Part shown: piece by piece, positions 57,092 through 64,000 of the stretch | Position numbering within the stretch: the stretch's first letter is position 1 | How the letters are laid out: the number at the start of each line of letters is the position of its first letter | Assembly: GCA_963787255.1 (NCBI GenBank) | Contig: CAWBCJ010000029.1 | Span: 576,001 to 640,000, forward strand | From: Methanobacteriota archaeon | GTDB taxonomy: Archaea > Methanobacteriota > Methanobacteria > Methanobacteriales > Methanobacteriaceae | Direction: 5' to 3' | DNA: 64,000 nt | Position numbers and translations under genes: made by a program | The notes under the pieces: model-generated | Told to the model about the DNA's origin: nothing | What the model saw: the letters and a program-made list of their open reading frames with translations, nothing else | Database searches by the model: none

Positions 57092-57276
57092 ACTGGTGTT
57101 ATAATGGAACGGAATTTAAAATTATGTTTGAAGAATTGAAAAATCAAAAGATGGTATACATTATCCATCTTTTCAAAAAATAGAAGTAATTAAATTTAAG
57201 GATTTTTTTTAAAATTTGTATATAATTTTTACTTGTTTTTTATTTTTTGGTGTTGAACTTACATTTTAGGAAAAAC

Positions 57277-57303
57277 TTTAAATATTAAACTGACTAATCA
57301 GTC
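57277..57303 (+). promoter_or_regulatory. TATA box plus palindromic operator upstream of the tetR gene
   Basis: TTTAAATA (57277-57284) then ACTGA-CTAA-TCAGT (57289-57302), overlapping GACT-N4-AGTC. Confidence 0.6.
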
Positions 57304-57346
57304 TACTAAATAAAATATTATGCATAAAAATTAGGATGTCAAAAAA

Positions 57347-57908
57347 ATGAAGGAAAAAGAACGAAAAATACTGGATACATCCCTTAAACTTTTTGTTGAA
57401 AGAGGATTTCACGGAACTATCCACTGCAGAAATTGCAAAAACTGCAGGAGTCGCTACTGGCACGCTTTTCCACTATTTTAAGACCAAAGAAGAACTCATT
57501 GACAACCTATACATCTACACTAAAGAAAGCATACTAGAAGAAGTAGACAACGATTACAACAGTGAAAAAACATTTAAAGAGAATGTTAAATCATTATGGC
57601 TGAAATTTGTGTGTTTTGGTATAAAAAATCCCTATAAATTCAGTTTTATACTTACATTCCACTGTTCCCCATATATTACAGCATTTACAAAAGAAAGGAT
57701 AGAAAACAGATTTGCAGAACTCCTTGAAGTATATAAAAAAGGCTTTAGAGAGCATGAAATCAAGGAAATGTATGATGAACTCCTCATTGACTATTTCTGG
57801 GGAAATATATTCAATACAGTAATGCATTTTGAGAAATATCCTGATAAAAAGATTGAAGAGAATATAGAACTTTCATTTAAACTCTTCTGGAACGGAATTT
57901 CAAAATAA
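57347..57908 (+). CDS. TetR/AcrR family regulator (frameshift near 57419)
   Basis: [24 protein letters not shown] then [26 protein letters not shown]. Confidence 0.88.
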
Positions 57909-57967
57909 ATATTTTTTTGACAAATTTTTAATTTGATTATTTAATCTTAAAAAAATGAGGTATTAAG

Positions 57968-59208
57968 ATGCAATATAGAAAGATTGAAAAGAACGGTGAT
58001 GAAATTTCGGCACTTGGATTCGGTGCAATGAGGCTTCCCACAAAAACCGGTAGGATTGATAAAGAACACGCAAGAGAACAAATATATTACGCAATAGACC
58101 ACGGCGTGAACTTTATTGACACTGCATTTCCTTATCATGGCGGTTCAAGTGAATCATTTTTAGGAGAAATCCTTAAAGACGGATACCGGGAAAAAGTAAA
58201 GCTCTGCACCAAAATGCCTTCATGGTCCATTAAAAAATACGAAGACATGGAGAAATATCTGGAAATACAACTTGAAAAGCTCCAGACGGACCATATTGAC
58301 TATTATCTGATCCATGCTCTAGGTAAAGGTAGCTTTGAAAAGCTTAAAGAAATTGGAGTTTTAAAGTTTTTAGAAGAAGCTAAGACAAATGGAAAAATAA
58401 AAAATATTGGATTCTCTTTTCATGACAACAGCGAAGCATTTAAAGAAATAGTGGACGCTTACAACTGGGATGCATGTTTAATCCAGTATAATTATTTAGA
58501 TGAAAAGAATCAGGCAGGTACTGAAGGAGTTAAATATGCAGCTTCAAAAGGAATGGGAGTATTTATTATGGAACCTTTAAAAGGCGGTATTCTCGCTGGA
58601 GAAGTGCCTGAGGAAGCACAAAAAATATGGGATAAAGCAAGTGTTAAAAGAAGTGCTGCAGACTGGGCTTTAAGATGGGTATTAAACCATCCTGAAGTTA
58701 CATGTGTAGTTTCTGGAATGGGCGAATTAGACCAAATTAAAGAAAATATTGGCGTAGCAGAAGAAACTTTGCCCAGTTCATTAACTGCAGATGAGTTAAA
58801 ACTCTATGATGAGGTCAAAGAAGTTTATAATGGTCTTATGAAAATTGACTGTACTGCATGTGGTTACTGTATGCCCTGCCCTAGTGGAGTGGATATACCT
58901 GAATGCTTCAATGTATATAATCATAAATACATGTTTAAAAAAAGAGGAGCATCTTTTATATATATACAACGTTTTGGGGGCTTATTCAGTGGAAATGAAT
59001 CACATGCAGGGCTTTGTACGAATGTGGAGAATGTGTGAAGGCATGCCCGCAAAAACTAGAAATTCCTGAGCTTTTAGGGGATGTTTCCAAAGAATTAGGG
59101 GGAAGAGGATTTAAATACAAAGTAAAAATTGCTGAAACTGTCCTGGTACCTCTTATGAACACACTTTTATCTTTAAATGATAAACTTTCAAGAAGATCTA
59201 GTTCATAA
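57968..59208 (+). CDS. Aldo/keto reductase with C-terminal Fe-S domain (frameshift near 59019)
   Basis: [38 protein letters not shown], [12 protein letters not shown]. Confidence 0.9.
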
Positions 59209-59315
59209 CAAAAAAAATAGTTTATATTAAAAAAACCCTGAAAAGGTCTAATTGTTTTCAAAAAGATTTTGGTGGGGGATATAAATAAATAAACTAATGC
59301 CCAATATTAATATAG

Positions 59316-59603
59316 GTGATATTGTTGGTAAAAGTAGTAAAAAGAAAGGGCAAAATTGAATCATATACTCCTAATAAGATTAGAGGCGCTCTCGAGAAAG
59401 CGACCATCGATGCTGGTTACACTGTGGAAGAAAAGAAGGATTTAATAGATGAAATATATACTAAAATCAATAAAAAGTTTGAAAAAGAAGGGAAAATTAA
59501 GAGCGAAAATATCAGGATGTGTCTTCTAACTGAACTGGATGAATGCGAACCATACATAGCTAAATCGTGGAGAACATTTGACAAAAGATATAAATCACAA
59601 TAA
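59316..59603 (+). CDS. Stand-alone ATP-cone domain protein (third copy)
   Basis: VVKRKGKIESYTPNKIRGALEKA, IAKSWRTFD. Confidence 0.82.
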   Translation: MILLVKVVKRKGKIESYTPNKIRGALEKATIDAGYTVEEKKDLIDEIYTKINKKFEKEGKIKSENIRMCLLTELDECEPYIAKSWRTFDKRYKSQ

Positions 59604-59855
59604 ATCGCATCTAAAAAATTTATTTAATTTATCCATCTTCTTTTATTAATTCTATAAACTTATCCATATCTTTAACATTGAAAATAAAGTTATGAGCCGC
59701 ATTTTTGGGCCATGGACATTAAACAGCACACAGCAGATTCCCTTTGAAAATGGTCAAAAATACTTTCAAACCACTCTGCATCTTATTTCCTTTTTAAATG
59801 TAATTTCCATAATATTCGAATGCTTCTTTATAGTACAATTTTTATTCTTTAATAC

Positions 59856-60565
59856 TTATTTTAATTCAGGATTATTTATGATGTTGATTAAGGCGAGTAT
59901 GGCTACAAATACCATGGTAAAGATGGTTATCAGGGCCATATCTATTGTAATATCATTAAACTGGTAAAATATGGATAATATAGTGCCTAGAGCCATTATG
60001 CCATAAAGTACTGGTGCTTCACTCCAGAAAGGTTTATTAGAAAGATAATATGATTTTTTCAGTGTAATATAGTCACGTTTGGAAAGATATAACGCAATTA
60101 TCTGGAAGAAGATGTATACAACTAAGAACCATCCGAAGTAATTGGAGATAGGAACGCCGAAATATGCTCGGGATTTGTCCATACCCAGAGGCCTTGTAAA
60201 GTTGCAGAAATGGAATCAATGGTTAAGTCCCACATTACCATTATAAATGTCGCTATAAATGGTACTAAAATATTTGTTTTTCTTCAAGTTTTTTACTATA
60301 CTGTCCAGTTAATATGTTTGCTAAAATCCATGATAGATATCCCATTGCAAAATATTCAAAGATTATGATTAGGGGAACAGGTAAAATCCCTAAAGTAGAC
60401 CAATAATCCTATAATTCCTATAAGTAACTGCCAGAGCCACGTAGGCTGAAAATACCAGTATAGGGCCGGATTTAAATAGGAAATCAGCCAGTTAAATGCT
60501 CCTACTATTGCTGCTAGAATCAGGCCGGGAACCCAAAATTTGCCAAAATTATTTCTTATTTCCAC
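59856..60565 (-). pseudogene. Degraded CruF/DUF422-like membrane protein gene
   Basis: Fragments VPLIII.YFAMGY, MVMWDLTID, YFGVPISNYFGW in different frames with at least three breaks. Confidence 0.65.
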
Positions 60566-60948
60566 AAAAATCCCTCCATTTTCAAATAATAGTTTTATTA
60601 TTTAATTAACTTAAATCTGCAGATCTTTTTGTTTTAATTTCTCTTTCCGATAAGTTTTAAATGATGCATAAGTGATTCCCAGTGCCAAAGGAGCCTATAA
60701 ATGTGGTCATGAAACTAAAATTGCCAACACGGTGATTAAAGATTAGACTCGTTATTAAATTATCAATAAAAGAATTAAAAAGCTAAAAAACTGGCACAAA
60801 TTACATTTTTATTTGCTTATTTTTACTAGAAATACGTATATTGTTTATATATTGATTTTGATAGTAAGTATTAGTTTATAACTGACACGAAATTAAATTT
60901 AGTTAGAATGTGTATTTAATCTAATTCAACATTAATAAGGAGGATAAA

Positions 60949-61245
60949 ATGGCAGATTACGGTGTTACAGGTGTTAAATATAATGGTATAGGGAAATACA
61001 TTGAATGGGTTAAAGTAGGTAAATTCACAGGCAGTTCATTTGGGATGCGCGAGAATTGGCTGCGAACTAAGGTTATCTCAGAGTTAGAAAACGGTAAAAC
61101 ATTCATAACAGTTCTTAAACACGGCGATAGATTAAAAAAAGGCGCAGAAATCCATGTAATTAATGTGAATGGAAAAAAATATATACGTACTGATAATGAC
61201 AACGATGCTTCTGATAATCTGGAAGGTCTGCCTGAATTTGTATAA
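60949..61245 (+). CDS. DUF3892 family protein
   Basis: GKKYIRTD.D...DNL..LPEF C-terminus; AGGAGG RBS. Confidence 0.82.
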   Translation: MADYGVTGVKYNGIGKYIEWVKVGKFTGSSFGMRENWLRTKVISELENGKTFITVLKHGDRLKKGAEIHVINVNGKKYIRTDNDNDASDNLEGLPEFV

Positions 61246-61260
61246 TGATAATACTTAGTA

Positions 61261-61860
61261 TCATTTTAATTTTGGAATTAACATTGGAGTCTTTTTTGCA
61301 TAGTTCTCGTAATCTTCTCCAAATTTAGCAATTAATTCACTTTCTTCTTTTCTTATTCTAATTCTTAAGGCAATTAAAACTAGAATAAAAAATAGAAGAC
61401 CGTAAAAGTTCCAGGGAATAACTGCAATTCCCAGAAATATAATCAAAATAGACAGATAAAATGGATGCCTCACTCTCGAGTAAATACCTTCAGTAACAAG
61501 CTCTTGATTTTCTGTTGTTTTTGAAAGAGGAACCCAATTTTTCCCTAAATTTGCCCTTACAATGAAGTTAAATCCCATTCCAATAAACATCAGTATAAAA
61601 CCAATTAATACTGGAAGCAGCTCATAAATTCCGTTATAGAGGACGATTATCACGTTGAAAAAAAGACCTGTTTGAGGAATTACAAGAAGAAAGAGGGTAT
61701 AGTCTCTAGTTCTTATTGCAGTTGGCCAACCTACTATCTTAGCGCCGTATTTGCGTGAAATATACAATCCAATGTAACTATAGGCTAAAAAAATTATAAG
61801 AAAGGAATAAAGTAAAATTTCGTTTTCTGTCACTAAAATACATCCACTATTTCTTTTCAA
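61261..61860 (-). CDS. Isoprenylcysteine carboxyl methyltransferase family protein
   Basis: [24 protein letters not shown]...TPMLIP; start uncertain. Confidence 0.85.
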   Translation of the reverse strand: MKRNSGCILVTENEILLYSFLIIFLAYSYIGLYISRKYGAKIVGWPTAIRTRDYTLFLLVIPQTGLFFNVIIVLYNGIYELLPVLIGFILMFIGMGFNFIVRANLGKNWVPLSKTTENQELVTEGIYSRVRHPFYLSILIIFLGIAVIPWNFYGLLFFILVLIALRIRIRKEESELIAKFGEDYENYAKKTPMLIPKLK

Positions 61861-61896
61861 TCAATACTATCTGTTAGCTCTATAAAAGTCTAAACT

Positions 61897-62250
61897 TCAT
61901 TTTGGAGCTGTTTTTACGCCATGATATTTTATATAGCCGTAGAACCATCTTATGGACCATAAAAGATGGAATGCAGACCACCACCAAATTCCAATATAAA
62001 TATAAGAAATTACTCCCATAAAGACGTTTAATAAAGCTATCAGCAGAAATGTAATGGGATTTCTAATAAAAAATGAGAAAGTGCCGATAAAACTTTGAAT
62101 TCCTGATGAATAAATCAGTGTGGGAGAAATACCTGTAAAAAACCAAAATAAAAAGATTAAAAAGCCAAGAATTATTCTAAATACTGCCTTAGGCCGGGAT
62201 ATTTCTTTATCCATCTTTGAATATAGTTCTTTGTTATTTTTATCAGTCAT
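61897..62250 (-). CDS. Hypothetical membrane protein
   Basis: GAGG RBS before ATG 62250; three hydrophobic segments. Confidence 0.6.
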   Translation of the reverse strand: MTDKNNKELYSKMDKEISRPKAVFRIILGFLIFLFWFFTGISPTLIYSSGIQSFIGTFSFFIRNPITFLLIALLNVFMGVISYIYIGIWWWSAFHLLWSIRWFYGYIKYHGVKTAPK

Positions 62251-62306
62251 AAAACCCTCTATAGAAATATTTATCAAATTTAACTTTTCATTTTTTTTGA
62301 AATATC

Positions 62307-62975
62307 TCACCAGTATCCGTCGGTGAACCTGATTCTAACCCAGTCTTCTCCTCTGCTTGTAAGGTAACCTCCCAGGGCAATAAGATAGAAGAGCACGGGA
62401 TAGACAATGAATCTTTCAGTGCCGCCAATACCTAAAAAGGCTATGAGCGGATTAGTGGTTCCAGAACCTAAAATGAATAAGGATAAAATAAGTAAAAGGG
62501 ACATTAAACCTGTTACCATGGACACTATGACCATGGGGATATTAAGGCCCAGCCGATAGCTGAATATGGCTGCCAGACTTCCAAAGAGGAATGTTAACAG
62601 AGCAAAGAATATATGGGCGCTTCCAGTGTATTCTGGGAATAATCCAACTCCTACAGCACCTATTGAAGAAATAGCAAGACAGGATGAGAAAAGACGACAG
62701 CCGCCGCTTTTGAGGATTAAATAAACAGTTACAAGGCCTAAAATTCCAAGAATAATAACGCTGATGTTGAAAATGATGGCTGATGGTTCTACAGGAGGTA
62801 CTGTTCCTCCAAGATCGCTTAAAGTGTTTTTTGCAACGCTATAACCTGGAAACTGTGTTTCGGCCAAATTAACTGCCAGAAGAAATTGTAAGCATCCTAT
62901 TAGTAGAATAATTCCTGCAATTTTATAGTATTCCTTTTCAGGTTTGAATATACTTCCTCTTTGAAATTTCATCAC
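62307..62975 (-). CDS. DUF998 family membrane protein
   Basis: PGYS...TLSDLG, GVGLFP, H..FA, GGTER. Confidence 0.82.
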   Translation of the reverse strand: MMKFQRGSIFKPEKEYYKIAGIILLIGCLQFLLAVNLAETQFPGYSVAKNTLSDLGGTVPPVEPSAIIFNISVIILGILGLVTVYLILKSGGCRLFSSCLAISSIGAVGVGLFPEYTGSAHIFFALLTFLFGSLAAIFSYRLGLNIPMVIVSMVTGLMSLLLILSLFILGSGTTNPLIAFLGIGGTERFIVYPVLFYLIALGGYLTSRGEDWVRIRFTDGYW

Positions 62976-63035
62976 TTCACCCTCCCTATAATGAATATCT
63001 TCTGATTATATATTCGTGTATGGGGTTCACTATTA

Positions 63036-63755
63036 TTACATTTTATGCTTAGCGTATTGCTTTTCAAGCAATTCACGGCTAATTCCTTTCCCATGGCCCG
63101 GTAAAAATAACTTACAATCAGTTTCAAGAAGTTTTTTCCAGCTTTCAATCATGGTTTCAGTGTCATCTGCAAAAGGTGGAAATATTGAATTTCCAAACAC
63201 ACCAAACATGGTATCACCTACAATAGCTATTTCATCATCAATAATAATACTCATAGAACCTTTAGAATGCCCGGAAGTGTGAATTATATGCGTATTGAAT
63301 CTAAATACGTATAAATCAAGTTTTTCACCCACAAGAGTGTCAGGGCTGGTAGATTCATATTTATATCTTGATTGCATCTTTTTTCCAAGTACATCTACTA
63401 TGAATCCGGTGACTAAATTGGCACCTTTTGGTAGGGGTGCATTGCCGCGTTTTAAATAGTCTGCTTCGCTTTCATGAACAATTATTTTGCAATTATATTT
63501 CTTTTTTAAGCGATTAGCGTTTTCAACATGGTCAAAATGAGTATGGGTTAATATTAAGCAGGATAATTCATTTTCACCTAAAAGCTCTTCAAGTTTGGCG
63601 GTTAGTTCTTTCCATGAGTTTCTACGACCAGTATCAATAAGAATGTAGTTATTTTCTTGATTAACTAAAAAGGAATTACTTCTGCCTTCTAAAACTTGGT
63701 AAATTGTGCAGTTGCTTGTAGTCCACTTTTGCATGTTTTGATTATTTGATCTCAT
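63036..63755 (-). CDS. Metallo-beta-lactamase fold hydrolase
   Basis: LIDTG, THTHFDH, GHSKG, GD, PGHG. Confidence 0.9.
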   Translation of the reverse strand: MRSNNQNMQKWTTSNCTIYQVLEGRSNSFLVNQENNYILIDTGRRNSWKELTAKLEELLGENELSCLILTHTHFDHVENANRLKKKYNCKIIVHESEADYLKRGNAPLPKGANLVTGFIVDVLGKKMQSRYKYESTSPDTLVGEKLDLYVFRFNTHIIHTSGHSKGSMSIIIDDEIAIVGDTMFGVFGNSIFPPFADDTETMIESWKKLLETDCKLFLPGHGKGISRELLEKQYAKHKM

Positions 63756-63796
63756 CTAAAAAAAGTTTTTATGGTTTATTTAGAAAAAAAGTTATT

Positions 63797-64000
63797 ATGA
63801 ATATTTATTATTTAATAGTTGGAATAGGTTTTGTAATGGTATCAATAGCACATTTTTTATCGATAAAAAAAGGACGTGGAATTTATTTCTGGGATAAATA
63901 TTCAAGTTATGAATCAACAAAGCGAGATTTTAAAGTTTTAATTTTATTTGAGCTTTTAACTGGCATTGTGCTTATTTTTTTGGCTATTATTCCTATTTAA
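63797..64000 (+). CDS. Small hypothetical membrane protein
   Basis: ATG 63797 to TAA 64000; two hydrophobic helices. Confidence 0.5.
   Translation: MNIYYLIVGIGFVMVSIAHFLSIKKGRGIYFWDKYSSYESTKRDFKVLILFELLTGIVLIFLAIIPI

Overview
AT-rich archaeal chromosomal segment from a hydrogenotrophic, pseudomurein-walled methanogen (Methanobacterium-like, judged from fwdHFGDACB gene order, methanogenesis marker 8, SepCysS, GatDE and pseudomurein-binding repeats). Core content is the tungsten formylmethanofuran dehydrogenase operon, nrpR-glnA with a canonical NrpR operator, an intron-containing tRNA-Met(CAT), the vor/acyl-CoA synthetase cluster plus a second 2-oxoacid:ferredoxin oxidoreductase, thiC, gatDE-trxB-pscS, two large surface proteins and an accessory-gene tail. 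The strongest candidate for an undescribed system is a ~8 kb DNA-repair island (29.1-37.3 kb) beside the housekeeping ligase. It holds an Fpg/Nei glycosylase, family-4 UDG, DUF72, two stand-alone ATP-cone proteins, a second ATP-dependent ligase and a divergent AEP primase-polymerase-like gene, which together read like a Ku-less excision-repair module. Also notable are three copies of a 15-bp operator-like motif upstream of the HTH-ferredoxin gene fwdH and apparent ATT start codons on both surface-protein genes. About ten genes, including essential ones, carry single-base frameshifts that are most likely sequencing or assembly errors. Family assignments come from motif recognition only; no database search was run.
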